Assembly: GCF_009914755.1 (NCBI RefSeq)
Contig: NC_060941.1
Direction: 5' to 3' (one strand)
Length of the DNA stretch: 64,000 nt
Source: the human T2T-CHM13v2.0 reference genome, Homo sapiens
Positions 1-18,939 of this stretch are shown one piece after another. A model generated the notes under the pieces. It made no database searches, was not told where the DNA came from, and was given only the letters and a program-made list of their open reading frames with translations. Positions within the stretch are counted from its first letter, which is position 1, and each line of letters begins with the position of its first letter. Position numbers and translations under genes: made by a program.

Positions 1-1886
<1,886 letters not shown>

Positions 1887-2044
1887 ATAATTAACCAGGA
1901 AATATGTGCTTTTGAACATAAGAAGTTACATTAAAAAAAAATAAGCTCCTCCTTCTCTTTCCACACCTCTGTGGCCACTAATGTTATATTTATTGTGTAT
2001 CTTTCCACCTTTTTTTCTTCACCTATTTAAATACTTTTACAAAT

Positions 2045-2521
2045 TGTATATAATCAAAAATGAAATTCTAAGCCTGGCATCCATTTGAATGACCCCTCCT
2101 CTCGGCCAGGAGCATTGTGGAGTTAACCTGAAAATCTAGTTTAGGCCCTGATGAAAGAGGGGGTCATTATACCTTTCCGGCAGTAATATCAACGCAGACC
2201 GTAAGTTTGATAAGAAACATTTACTATCTATTCTCTCTGAAGACTGCTACCTGGAGGCTTCATCTGATAAAACCTTGGTCTCCATAACCCCTTATCCTAA
2301 CCCAGACATTCCTTTCTACTGATAATAACTCTTTCAAATTGCCAATCAGAAAATTTTAAATCTACCTATAACCTGAAACTCCTCCCACTTTGAGTTGTCC
2401 CGAATGTATTATGTCTCCCTAAAATGTATAACATCAAGCTGTACGCTGATCACCTTGCGCACTTGTTGTCAGGACCTCCTGAAACATTCATTGAGACCTG
2501 TCTCAGATATTTTGGGTTCAT
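2045..2521 (+). mobile_element. MER4-family (ERV1) solo LTR
   Basis: Starts aaaaatgaaattctaagcc...gacccctcctctcggcc; ends tgagacctgtctcagatattttgggttca, typical MER4A-type terminus. Confidence 0.75.
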
Positions 2522-2556
2522 AATATAATATAGCTGTATGTGAACACACATACAGG

Positions 2557-2557
<1 letters not shown>

Positions 2558-2588
<31 letters not shown>
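2558..2588. repeat. (TG)15 microsatellite
   Basis: Read directly. Confidence 0.95.
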
Positions 2589-2591
<3 letters not shown>

Positions 2592-2753
2592 ATGTGTATA
2601 CACAGATTTTTTTTTCTAGTTTTAACAAACAAGAGGTCATGCTGTAGACAATACTCTGCAGTTTGCTCTCTTCAGATCGAACACATGGTTCTGAAACACA
2701 AATCACATCATCTCTGTCCTGGCTATAACCATGTTTTGCTTTCCCTTTCCCTT

Positions 2754-3178
2754 TGTTAAAGCAAACTAAATATGACCTGAGAAGGACTCTGTACTTCTAT
2801 ATTTGAGTCCTTGTGGATGAACCATAACCTAACTTGATAGAAAAGATTGAAAACCTAACTAAGGAGTATGCACCAGTAACGACAGCTGAGTCTTGACCAA
2901 CCCCAGCAGCCATGCTTCAACCACTCACACACTGCTGAGTGTTCAAACTGTGTTCAAATAAGGCAAACGCCAACCTGTAACTAATCCAGCTGTTTCTGTA
3001 CCTCACTTCCTATTTCTGCACGTCACTTCCCTTTTTTTGTCTATAAATCTTCCACCATGTGGCCGCGCTGGAGTTTCTCTGAATCTGCTGTGATTCTGAG
3101 GGCTGCCGAATTCGTGCATCGTTCATTGCTCAATTAAGCTCCTTTAAATCTAACTCAGATGAAGTTTTTCTTTTAACA
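2754..3178 (+). mobile_element. MER57-like (ERV1) solo LTR
   Basis: TGTTAAAGCAAACTAAATATG... to ...cttttAACA termini; internal tataaat box. Confidence 0.75.
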
Positions 3179-3659
3179 CTTTCCAAAGGCCAAACTCCTT
3201 TTTGTCGCCTGCTTCTTGCTCATGTCTCCAGCTTACTGCCAGTCCCTCTTGCACACTGACTCTGGCAGTACTGAGTGGCTTTCTGTTCCCTGAGTGCCCG
3301 GGTCTCCCACTTCTGCTAATGTGGTTTCCCCTGAGTAGAATGGCTGTTAGCCTGGCTTCCTCCCACTTCTCTTTGGGGACTCAGCCAAAATGTCACTTCC
3401 CCCTTCTCCGGGCCCAGTTTGGTTGGCCAGACCCCCTGCTGCATCATAGAACCTATCACATTGGGTTATACCTCAATTGTCCACGTTGCCTGCTAGTCTA
3501 CAAGCTCTGTGAGGGCATGGATCACGTCTTTTCGGGAGGTTAAGTACTGCATAGTACTTAACTTGTAATAGGTGTGTAGTAGGTACTCAAATACTTGAAT
3601 AAATAAAAGGATTAATGAATAATAAACAGATCATCCATTACAAAGGTCAAATATTTAGG

Positions 3660-4795
3660 AATTACCCTGTATTCTTTCTTCCCCACCTCCTCCCATTACT
3701 ATCTAACCTATCAGAAATGCTAGTCAGCTCTCCTTCCAAAATGCACCCCAAATCAACTCACATCTCCCTACCCCTACAATTTCCACCCTGGTCCAAGTAC
3801 CATATCCCTTTCTTGGGTCACTGGGGTGTTCTCCTAGCTGGTCTTTATGTTTCCACTCTTGTTTTTTTTTTTTGTTTGTTTGTTTGTTTAATAGAGACAG
3901 AGTCTTGCTCTGTCACCCAGGCTGGAGTGCGGTGGTGCAATCTCGGCTCACTGCCAACCTCTGCCGCCCGGGTTCAAGAGATTCTCTTGCCTCAGCCTCC
4001 TGAGTAGCTGGGACTACAGGCACCCACCACCACGTCTAGCTAATTTTTTTGTATTTTTAGTAGAGATGAGATTTCACCATCTTGGCCAGGCTGTTCTCGA
4101 TCTCCTGACCTCAGGTGATCCACCCGCCTCAGCCTCAGAAAGTGCTGGGATTACAGGCGTGAGCCACCGCGCCCTGCCTCCACTCTTGTATTAACAGAAT
4201 CCATTCTATTCTTCACATAGCAGTCAGAGGAATCCTTAAAGTTTGTTAATCAGATAGTAGTTTCTGTCTCAAATCTTTCCATGGCTTTCCACTGCACCAG
4301 GAATAAAGCGCAAACCCCTTACCCTAACCTGTCTGATCTTGCCTACATTTCCAACTTACTTTAAAAAATAATCAACATTCCCTATTTTCTTATCCCTGTG
4401 TTACACTGGTTATTTTATTGTCCCAGAGACATGCTAAGTTTGTTCTTGTCTCAGGGCCTTTTCATTTGCTGTTCCCTCTGCCTGGAACATTCTTCCCCTG
4501 GGTCTTCACATGGCTGGCTGCTGCTTGTCATCTGGAGGTGAGCTCAAATGTTACCCCTCAAAAAATCCTGAATTTCTCACCACGTTCATTAAAGTAGTCC
4601 TCCTTCCCTAGCCATGCTTTATCCCACATAGCACTTCCTGTAATTTTATTTATATTTTTGCTTTTTTGTTTTCTTTCCCTCACTGGAATTTGAGCTTCCC
4701 AAGGACAAGGGGCTTTTCTGTGCCATTCACTGTTGGGTCTAAGGAGGACCTGGCTTATAGTAGATGCTCAATAAAGAGTTGCCTAGGAATGAACG
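3660..4795 (+). mobile_element. L2 3' fragment interrupted by an Alu
   Basis: L2 motifs cagggccttttcatttgctgttccctctgcctggaa and tagtagatgctcaataa...gaatgaa. Confidence 0.7.
3863..4178 (-). mobile_element. AluS (Sx/Sz-like), full length
   Basis: Dimeric Alu on minus strand; TSD tccactcttgt at 3852-3862 and 4179-4189. Confidence 0.95.
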
Positions 4796-4814
4796 CATCT
4801 ACTATTGACAGTAT

Positions 4815-5030
4815 GAGAGAGTGGAAGAACTACCTACTTTTAGAACAGACATTCTGAATTTTGTCGTGGTATCTGACATTTACTAAGCTGTGTGGCTTTG
4901 ATGAAAATTTTTAAATTCTTGATGCTTATGCAAAATGGTAATAAGAATTTGCCTTGCCCTTAACTAAGTGGGTTCCTGTGAAGTTTAGGTTGGCCAATGG
5001 ATGTGATGTGAAAATGTCCTACTAAGCAAA
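4815..5030 (+). mobile_element. MIR remnant
   Basis: Core-like tttactaagctgtgtggcttt...atgcaaaatggtaataa. Confidence 0.5.
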
Positions 5031-6420
5031 GTAGCAACGTACGTTATCAGCTCTAAATTGATGAATAACTTTTAATGACCTGGACCACAGTTTCTTTCGT
5101 ACCAAATAAAGCAGATCTCTTTGGCCTGTAACTGGGATTCCATCCACAGAGCCATTCAGAATCCCCTGGAACCTTCAGTGCCTCGTTCAGGGTTGCAAAT
5201 AAGAGAGAAGTGGGCAAGCTTTCCGAGAGAGAGAGAGAAAGAAAGGATGAAATAGAGAAAGATGGTGCTAATTTAATAACTTTAGGCACATGAGAACAAT
5301 TTCCACTGAGGAAAAATAACAGCTTTTGGGAGTTTCCTTCCTGGAAGGCACCATTTTGAAACACTGAATTCCCCCAAAGCCTCAAATAGAGCAGCCAGGA
5401 TTTCTTGCATTTGATGTTGGATGAAAATGCCTGTGATGGGGGCAGAACTCTGTGAGCCCCAACAGTTAAGGGCTCCAGATCTGGATTAATGAAAGATATA
5501 GGACACTCTCATTATTTATTCATCAGTTTTTCAGTGGCGTCAGACTGGCTGAAACTGGTTATAGTTTTTCTTCTATTTATATTTTGCAAACCACCAACCA
5601 TTCTTAACCAGTGAGCCCAGCAAACATTTGTGGCTGTTTGGGTCTTGGGTTCCTTCTAGAAAATGAGTACATTGAGATGTTGCAGAAAATGGAAAAGTAA
5701 GGAAAAAACCCAACTCTGTTGGATGAAGGAGGTTATTCACATAAAATAATAAACAGATGCCTGACTGTCCTAACATCTAAGCAACTGTTTAAAATCCTTA
5801 GAAACTCTTCAAGGGACTTGGCTTTTACCTTCGTAATGTCCTCTGCAGTGTCTTGAACATGCTAGATGTTTAATAGGATTTTAATAGATCAATAAAAATA
5901 CAGGGATTCTGCATTCATCATACTTACTTTGCCATCACTGAATGTTGGTAAAGACAATCTTTTTTGGATGTAGCTTTCCAAGTATCCTATTGTTTTCTAT
6001 TCAACTTATATTTCTTTTAACATAAAATTTTCAATGACAGCAGGCCAAATTTGTGAATTTTCTCTTACATGTTTTCCATTTTCAATTTTCATAGCTTGAC
6101 AAACATTATTTTAAAGTGCATTTGGAAAATATGAAAAAGATGTTTTAGAACTTAACTTTTGTGATTTAATATTCACCTGCTATGTCTCTACTGACCTATT
6201 TAGATCTTAAAAAAGAACATTTGCTGTTTTCTGATTGTAAAATTAATGCATAGTCAATTTATATAGTTTGGGAAATATTTTAGTGTATTTTCTTTAAGTG
6301 TTTATATATTTTTAAATTTGACCAATAAACTTGTACTTTATTTTTTGTTTGGAGCACATTTTCTTCACTTAACACTTCCTTGGGAACATTTCTTTTTCAT
6401 TTCTCATTCCTCAAGATTCA

Positions 6421-6732
<312 letters not shown>

Positions 6733-7334
6733 TCAATCTAGAATGTCTGTGTAGTATTGTTTTGTTTGTGTGTGTGTCATAATTATTTAACTATGTTCCC
6801 AGTATTCTATATTTAAATCATTTCTAATTTCTTTCTGTTATTAAATCTAGTGCACAAATATCTTCAAATATACATTTTAGCACCAATTTTTCACAATTTC
6901 TTTAGTATAGATTTCCAGAATATAAAAGAATAGTGTGAGAGTATAAAAACCTTTTAAGGCTCTTCTTACACATGTTTATGTTTTTCTTTTTTAAAAAATG
7001 ATTTCTTCGGAATTATGCTTCGAATTGCCCTGTATAATAATTATAAGATATTCACCTATGTTTTCTTCTAATTATTTTATAATGTACTTTAACATTTATC
7101 ATTTTTACATGTGGCATGATATAGAGATTGATTTTTTCCCTCAATTATTCAGTTTTTTTCTGGAAGGGATTATTGAATAATTTAGTCATTGTAAATTATT
7201 TGTATATGCTATCTCCATCTAATAGTAAATAATTTCATGTATGTGGCTGTAATTCTTGATTTTATATTCCATTTGATGTACAGTCTCTTATTGCTGAAAT
7301 ACCACACTGTTGTAATTATGCCAGTGTTAGCACT

Positions 7335-9060
<1,726 letters not shown>

Positions 9061-9431
9061 AAGTATGAGGGAAGTCTGGGAGTGGGCTAGAGTGGGAGGG
9101 GAGGATGCTGGCTTGAGGGTCAAGGTAGGCACTGTGGAGAGTGGGAGGGAGCCACAATGAGAGAAAATGGCAATGGGAAGCACTGCCAAGTGTGCCTATG
9201 TTAATTATGTGGCAGCACAAAACCTGCTGTTTAATCTTTTTGTTAAATATTACTTTGTTGTTCTCATCTATTTTGTTCTTCCATAGGAACTTTCAAATAA
9301 TTTTGTCAAGTTCCAGAAACAATATTTTGAGGTCGGGGGGAGTTGATGGAGTTTGCATTAAATTAATGTATTATTCTGGAGAGAATTGATGTCTCTACAA
9401 TACTAATCCCTCTACCCCAGGAATACACCTC

Positions 9432-9791
9432 TGTATTAGTCCATTTTAATACTGCTATGAAGAAATACCCAAGACTGGGTAATTTATAAAGAAAAAGAGG
9501 TTTAATGGACTCACAGTTCCACATGGCTGGGGAGGCCTCACAATCATGGAGGAAGGTGAAGGAGGAGCAAAGGCACATCTTACATGGAGGCAAGCAAGAG
9601 AGTGTGTGCAGGGAAACTGCCTTTTATAAAACCATCAGGCCTCTGAGACTTATTCACTATCACAAGAAGAGCATGGGGAAACCTGCCCCCATGATTTAAT
9701 TACCTCCCAGCAGGTCCCTTTCACAATATGTGGGGATTTGGGGAGATACAATTCAAGATGAGATTTGGGTGGAGACACTCAAACCATATCA
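9432..9791 (-). mobile_element. THE1 (MaLR) solo LTR
   Basis: tgtattagtcc...aaaccatatca termini, ~360 bp; TSD acctc/accta. Confidence 0.9.
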
Positions 9792-10522
9792 ACCTACCGA
9801 ATATTTAATCCAGTTTTCTTGGCTGTCCCTTGGAAGAGTTTTATATAGTATTTATTTCATAGAGCTGCTGCACCTTTCTGAATAAAGACTCAGGACACTT
9901 TAATTTTTCCTGTTGTCTTTCATTATCTTGTCCATTTCGCCTTTTTTTCTTTAAAGTCTGTTATTGTATTAGATCATTTTTTGTGCTATTATTCATGGAT
10001 TTTTTTTTTGTTTTGGGGAGGATATTTATTTAGAAGACAAATCAGGTGATTCCTAAAATGTATGCGTTTTCTGCAATATATCTTCACTGTGAATAAATTG
10101 TTGCATTTAATGCTTTTTTCCTTTTGTTATAATTTGTGTGATATTAATTTTGGGTCATCTGACTTGTCTCAGTTTGCATTTGCCTGATGTATCTGTACTC
10201 ATTTTTTGTCCTTTATTGTTTCTGTGTTGCTTTGTTTAGTCTTGAATCCTGCACTCTCTATACAGTTGGATTGCATTTCTTTTGACAAATGAAAAGAGGT
10301 TAGTCTGTACCTATTTATTGTAACAACCTATGTTTGATTTTATTCTTTCTTATTTTTTCTTTCCCTATTTTGATTTTTTATATATATTTTGCTAAACTGT
10401 TATATGACATCCTGATTCTATAGGATACTTTATGTTTGAAAGATTCTTTTTAAATTTATATTTCTCTAATGATGTGCATCATAAATGGCAGAATTTACTG
10501 TTTCCCTCTATGAAAAATTGAC

Positions 10523-10672
10523 TTTTTTTCTTTTCTTTTTTTTTTTTTTTGGTAGAGATAGGGTCTCACTATGTTGTCCAGGCCAGTCTTGAATGCCTGG
10601 CCTCAGGTGATCCTTCCATTTTAGTCTCCAGAGAAGCTGGGAACATAGGCATGCATGTCACTGTGCCCAGCC
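10523..10672 (-). mobile_element. FLAM/AluJ left monomer
   Basis: Single Alu monomer with T tail; degenerate TSD aaattgactttt / aaatagactttt. Confidence 0.85.
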
Positions 10673-10984
10673 AGTACAAATAGACTTTTTGAATGTTTCC
10701 ACTTCAATTCATCTTGCCTGAAAATCTTTCATGATTTTTCAATTTATAATCTCTGATTTTCAACACAGATAATTATTATAAAACCATTGTGTATTCTTAT
10801 GTAACCCCTATGCTTTTATTGCAAAATTGTTTTATATTTGTAGTCTACTTTTAATTCCATATTTTATTGGTTTTTATGTTCTCCCACCATTTCTGTAATA
10901 CCACAATGTTCCCATTCTATATTTTAATATATCATTTGATTATTGGTTTATATCTTGATGGTTTTTAAAAGCAATAGCACATAG

Positions 10985-11332
<348 letters not shown>

Positions 11333-11602
11333 TAATTTTTAATTTTTAATGCTACCACACTTTAATTTTTCTTGTCTTTCTTTATCTTGTCAATTTCTCC
11401 TTTGTTTGCTTTAAAGTCTGTTATCATAGTGTATCATCTTTTGTACTGGTATTTATGGGTTTTTTGTTTGTTTTTTGGGGGGAATTTATTTAGAACACAC
11501 ATCGGGTGATTTCTAAAATGTACTCATTTCCTACAATAAGTATTTGTTAAAATTTATTGTTCCTCGTGATGTGTAAAGGCCTGAACTCTTTTTCCTATAT
11601 AG

Positions 11603-11782
<180 letters not shown>

Positions 11783-12283
11783 TAGCCGGTTCCTTGAATG
11801 AAGAAATGTTTATTGAGGACTGGTGTGTTCCATAAATCATGTGGATGGATTTTTTTTTTAATTCTTTTACTCCCACCTAGTTGTTAGAATTCTCTCAAAT
11901 AATAAGGTAAGGGCTGGCAAATGTTTATAGTTCTTTCCTTGCTAGAAAGAATGATTTAAAATCTGAGATTTCCCAAAGTGCTGATCTGTTACTTCTTTAT
12001 GTTTCTGTTCCTTCTTATCTGTCTGTAGCACTCAGAAGTGAGAACGTTGGTGCTTATCCCTTCTTTGCTAGCCATAGTCCATTATTGAGTATCATAATTC
12101 CAAAACAAAGGTAGAAAGATGTTATTGGGGTGGATGATGGGATGGCTGAAATAGGACTTACCTTAGATAACGTCTGTCTTGTGGAGAGAAACAGGTTTTC
12201 AGTTTTCTGGTTAGTACAGACCTTCTATCACTGAACTTGGCAGTAGATAGTGGGGGAAAATTAGTCTCATCTTTACTAATAAT

Positions 12284-12582
12284 TTTTTTTTGTTTTTTGA
12301 GACAGAGTCTTGCTCTGCAGTCCAGGCTGGAGTACAGTGGTGTGATCATGACTCACTTCAGCCTCAACCTCCCCAGGCTCAGATAATCCTCCCACCTCAG
12401 CCTCCCGAGAAGCTGGGACTGCAATTGCATGCCACCATGCCTGGCTAATTTTTGTATTTTTTTGTAGAGACATAGTTTTGCCATGTTGTGCAGGCTGGTC
12501 TCGAACTCCTGGGCTCAAGGTATCCTTCTGTCTTGGCCTCCCAAGGGGCTGGGATTACAGATGTGAGCCTCTGTGTCTAGCC
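12284..12582 (-). mobile_element. AluJ
   Basis: Diverged dimer with J-type features (gggctcaag, ctcacttcagcctcaacc). Confidence 0.9.
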
Positions 12583-13164
12583 AAATTCATTCATTCATTC
12601 TTAAATAAGAAAATATTTCTGCAAGTGACAGGTTGCAATTTCATCTTTGCTCCACATGTCTTATTAATTGTGAAATTTTTCTAGTATATGTGCTGCCAAA
12701 GTGAGCACTAATTGTGGAATTTTTCTAAAAATCTCATGATAGTTTTATTTTCAGCTAAGTTTCTTATGTTTTACGAAGTTTTTTTATTTTTAAAAATCTA
12801 GTTTTCATTATTTTGATCAGAAAATAAAAGATGCTCACTTGTGAACTTCTATTGAAATTTAACTTAAACTGGAATTCCAAAATCCTCTTTTCATACTAAC
12901 GTTATTAACAGCAGAATCTTAGAGTACTTACCGCATTATTTCCTCACCTTCAGGGATAAGTTCAGTGTCAGACTCTTTGTTTATCAACTCAACAGCCATT
13001 CCCAATCTCTCCCCCACACTCCCCAGCAGCTAGAATTGACCCACAGCTGGCCAATGAGATGTTAAGGAACATGCATTTGCAGTTTCTGGCAAAGATTTTC
13101 CTCTCTAATAAAATGAAGGAAATATAGAGTGGGATTTCTGACCTCATTACCTCCTTTTCTGTAT

Positions 13165-14130
<966 letters not shown>

Positions 14131-14139
14131 GGATGTTCT

Positions 14140-14390
14140 ATTGTGAGAAGGCGATGCATGGAACCAAGGCAGCCATCTTTTTATCATGGGGTGAAAATCT
14201 GAGGATGAAAAGTGAATATGCGAAGGATGCAGAATGGAAGGAAAGGAAGAACTACATCCTTGAGGACACGTGGGAGCCAGTGGGCCAATCCCAGGATTCC
14301 TTGTCAGGTAAGCACTAAGTGTCTCCATGAAGTAGGCTACTATTAGTAAAATTTTCTGTGAGTTGCAACAGAAATTATCCTAACCAATGA
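14140..14390 (+). mobile_element. Old MLT1 (MaLR) LTR fragment; its other part is probably at ~12990-13160
   Basis: ggcagccatc...catggg...gaggatga and 3' ttgcaacagaa..cctaac motifs. Confidence 0.45.
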
Positions 14391-15189
14391 AAGGGCTAGT
14401 CCATGCCATGATTTAGCTGGTTAGCATATTTTATTTTCTATAGCACATTTTAATTTATCTTTTAAGGTAAAAAAGGACTTTACTATTGTGTATTTTTAAG
14501 TCAAAATTTTTCTGACTTTTTATATAACATGAGTCACATCCAGATATTTTACTCTAAATTTTAATAGATGGTAACTCATGTGCAGTAAATATTAAATTGC
14601 AATGACTAATACAAGAGATTCACATTCCAACGCTCACATTAGTTCTCGAGAATGTGGTTTTTAATGTGGCTGGACGCCTCTGTCTTTTCTTCACTTTAAG
14701 CTCAGTCTCTTTATCCTATGCCTTGTGAAAGGAGGGTGATTATCATACTCATCTTCACAAATTGGAGGCTGTCAAGCAGTCAGTGAGTCCCCTTGGAAAT
14801 ACTGAGGCACACTAAATTCATTAAAAGTAGCCATCCAGAAGGCTAAAGGAGACAGCCTTCAGTGATTAAGAAAGAAAATCAGACTTGTGACTGCCGCCTG
14901 ATTAGCAATCTAATTTTAAAAGCATCGACATTCTTCATAAAAAAGACATCAACATTCTTCAAACAGTTATCTCAACACTAATCTGCACTCTAAACAGCCT
15001 AAGTCTATTACGATCATGTCTTTTTAGTCAGTCTTTGCTGCCTCCAATTCACATCCATTTGCCAGAGCTGAAGCACCCAGTTTACCCCAACACAGACTTT
15101 CATCCAAATCCTCACATTAATGGTCACCTTCTGGATCAACACATGCCAAGCTGTTCTCTTTTTCTCTTACCAGGCTTTCAGACTTAAAG

Positions 15190-15360
15190 ATTTTTGCATT
15201 CCCTAAATCTCCTCTTCCTAAGGTTGAATGTCCCTTGTTTCTTTAATTGCTCTTCATGAGACATCATTTCCAGACCCTTGATTATTCGGGTCTCTCCCCA
15301 TGGGATACAATTTCTCCTGTCAATATCCTTCGTTCACTGTGGTACTTGAGACTCCACATG
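15190..15360 (-). mobile_element. CR1/L3 fragment
   Basis: Antisense L3-like ...tttccagacccttgattatt...tgtcaatatccttc..tgtggt. Confidence 0.5.
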
Positions 15361-15365
15361 GTAGT

Positions 15366-15655
15366 GTCCTAGGCTGGGCTCTCCCAGAAGCGACCCTCGG
15401 AAGAGGATTAAAATGGGGATGGGTATTTGGAAGGTGATCCCAGGAAGCATGTGTAGGAAGTGAGGAAGTAGAACAGGGAAGGGGAAGACACTAATACAGG
15501 CTGTGTTACTGAGCATGTACTGCTATGAGCAAGGGGGGCTGGGGCTTGTCATTCATGCTTTGGATCACTGGGACACTATATAGAGCTTACTCTCAGAGTT
15601 GTCTCACCTATGGGTGAAGGAGCTGGGATATTTGTCCAGTCTCCTATCCTTTATT
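15366..15655 (-). mobile_element. ERVL-class LTR (LTR16/LTR33-like) fragment
   Basis: tgtcctaggctgggctctcccagaagc...ggtgatcccaggaagca...gaagtagaacagggaaggg. Confidence 0.55.
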
Positions 15656-17647
15656 AGTATTCTGTACAATCTGATAAGCACAAACAATCATAAACATTCA
15701 CGACCTTTTTAGTATAATCTAGGATTCTTTAATTTGTTTTTCATACAGCTGAACCATATCCTGGAATCCTCCCAGATACATCATCAACGAAAACCCCTGG
15801 ATTTCCTTGTGGATAGCCAAATCTCTGCCAACTTGTATATGAGCAACTTAGGTATTTATTATTTATGCATTTATTGTTATATATTATTTTATATATATTA
15901 TTTACTTATGCATTGCGGATCTCTCTGATTTGTTTAGTTGGGATGCGGGACTCCAATATGTTACGATCACTCTTCAGCCTGCCATTTCCCTGCTTCAACT
16001 TTCTGTTTCTTTGCTTTTCTTTGGCACGAGGCACGTATTCCCTGTTCTAACACCTTTTCCTGCCCTGTTACCTCCTGGTCAGCTCTCGGGTCTCAGCCCT
16101 GCCATGGGTCAAATAGTTAACAGTGCACATTTCCCGATGAAGCCTCACACATTAGAAAATGAAACGAGACAGCTGTCACAGACAACGCCCAGGAAAGCCA
16201 TTCATCTATGTTGCCTTCTAGTTGAAGAACTCAAGGAAACTAGATTTTTCTGTATCAATGCTCATGACTACATCTAGATTTTCCATGCAAAGTAATTAAA
16301 TTAGTGTATGTTGCCGGGTTGCAAATTTACTTACACTGTATTTAGATGTGCACAGAAATTCTAACTTCTTTATTTTCTATGCTGTATCTGGTTTTTCTCA
16401 GAATTTCCTCACCATGTTGGAAATAAGAGGAAAAATTAAATTTGCCAGTGTTTAGTGTCGCAGTTGTTTCCAATGTAAGTTGGTTTTCCAATGACTCAGT
16501 CTCTTTGGAGGAAATGCTTGATCTTTCAGATTGTTTTCTCTTTTTCCATGCTTCTCTCTTCCCTGATTAATGCCTCTGGGTGTGGGGAGGGCTGTGTGGA
16601 GCTGGGGCCCAGGATGGAGGGAGTGCAGCCCTCTCTCAGGACTGGAAACTGTTGACCTTGTGCCTGTTGCTATCTCTAGGATCTATGGTCTGGACCATCG
16701 GCTTCTGGTTGCAAATGCCCTGCACACTGCAGTCTCTGTCTTGATTGTGGGCCTCTGTCTGTCCACCAGTCTTTCTACCATTTTTGTATCCCCACAGTGG
16801 AGCCACATGGAGCCTCAGAATTCTTTGGTTTCTCTAAGCAGCCATAAAGCCTCATAAATCCTGCATTAGGTTTATCTACCCAGCCACCTTCCTTCAGCAA
16901 GGTTGCCCTCCAGACTCCACACCATGCCAACATGCAGATGATGGTGGCTTCTATAACAACATCTCTAGGCTATGGCCTGGGAATCCTGACATTCTTGAAT
17001 TTGTCTGCATTTCTCTAGATATTTCTATTGTTTCCTCTATTTGAGGTTTTATTGTATGAAGGGGGAGGCAAGAGCACACACATCTGTCTTTCTTTCCTTT
17101 GTAGATGAGACAGTTAGTGCTTACCAAACATTCCATTCCACTCTCTTGTAGGGTCTAGGTGCCTATTTGGGGTCAATTATCACCTCCAGCTTGATACAAC
17201 TAAGAGCCATAAAAGAACAAGAAACAAACTTTTGTTGTGATGAGCCCATGAGATGCTGGAGTGTGTTACTGCTGCGTAGAGGTAATCGCCCCACACAAAA
17301 CACTCTTTCCCAGTCTGCTGAAGCAAGAGGGATACATTTTATCTTCCTGTCTATAAAGGAAATTCTCTGGTTTGTATCTTCTGTTCTAGGAGGTGAGGTG
17401 CATTAAAGCTTCATTGCTGAGCCTTTCTGGGATAAGATTCAGCCCCACTGGGACAGTTGGTTGGATTTTGAACTAGGATTCATCCCCATGACATATACTT
17501 TCATACATAATTACGTATGTTTTTATATGGCTTTCTGAACAGACACAAGGAACTATACTGAGTCCAAATGCTGCAAATCTTCATGTTAATGGAATCATCA
17601 ATGAGCCAAAAGGTGGTCACATCCCTTGCAAAAACATACAAGGAGTG

Positions 17648-18100
17648 TGTTATGGGCTTTGTGTTCCCCTAAGGCTGCTGAAGTTCTATCCCCAGCACCT
17701 GTGATTGTGACCTTATTTGGAGATGGTCTTTGCAGATGATTAAATTAATTAAGATGAGGTCACTCAGGTGGCCCTGATCTAATACGACTGCGTCGTTATG
17801 AAAAAGGAACATTTGGACACAGAGACAAACACACACAGACAGAAACTGATGTATACACTCAGGAGAGCATCATATGGAGATGGAGGATTAGAGCAATGCA
17901 GCTACAAGCCAAGGCATGCCTGGAGCTGCCTCAAGCTAGGAGAGAGGCCTGGAACAGCTCCCCTCTCACAGCCCTCAGAAGAAACCAGGTCTGCCAACAC
18001 CTTGACTTTGGGCTTCTAGACTTCAGAGCTGTGAGGCAATATGTTTCTTTTGTTTAAGTCACCCAGTTTGCGGTCTTTTGTTATAGCAGCCCTGTAATGA
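17648..18100 (+). mobile_element. MLT1B/C (MaLR) solo LTR
   Basis: tgttatggg...gtgaccttatttggagat...ctacaagccaagg...ttttgttatagcagccc. Confidence 0.85.
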
Positions 18101-18939
18101 GAACAGGACAATCCACACTAATTCAGGATAATGGTTACTCCAGGGAGAGAGGTGAAAAAGGGATGGGTGGGAGGGAGGGGCTGCAGAAATCTGTAACATT
18201 TCTTCTCTAGGAGAAAATGAGATCTGCATAGATATGGTAAAGCTTTAAATATGTTTGATCTGGTTGGCGTGTACATGGGTGTCATTTTACCTAATGTATT
18301 TTTCAGTCTGTTTGGAATACAGAAAAAGCCCACAACAATTGGGATGGAAATGGCTGGGCTAAGGTTCGCAGTCCTGCACATCAGGCTCTGCTTGGCTGTT
18401 TCGTTAACCTTGCATTCCACGGCCCTGCCTTTTTTATACATGTGAATTTTCTGAACTCCCCAGAAATTATAGGGTTATTCATAATATTCACCACCATTCA
18501 TAATTTAACATGTGAAAAATGTGATTATACCTTTCCATAGCAAAACTAGCAACAGCAGTGGCAACAGAAGCAGCCTCGAAGGCACATGGGAGGATGGAAG
18601 CCAATAGCAAGGGCATTTTTATTACCACTGAGCTGGGCAGCTTCCAGTGGAGGCGGTATGAGACTCTCCCTTGTGGACTTGAAGCTTCTCAGAGCCTGCA
18701 GGGAGTGCTGGGAGCTGCGCTAGCTTGACAACGGATAGGCCATTTTCCCAGCCTCGACAAAGAATGGGAGTTCAGAGTAAGTCATCAGCCGTATAACCAT
18801 CTTTTAACTCAGAACCCAGAATTGTGTAATAACCATGGCATTTAAAAAAAATAGCTCTGGGACTGTCAAAAACTATACTTAATACTTGTTAGGAGTTGGT
18901 TTTTAATTTTAAAAACACATGGTAACTCTGACAAGTATG

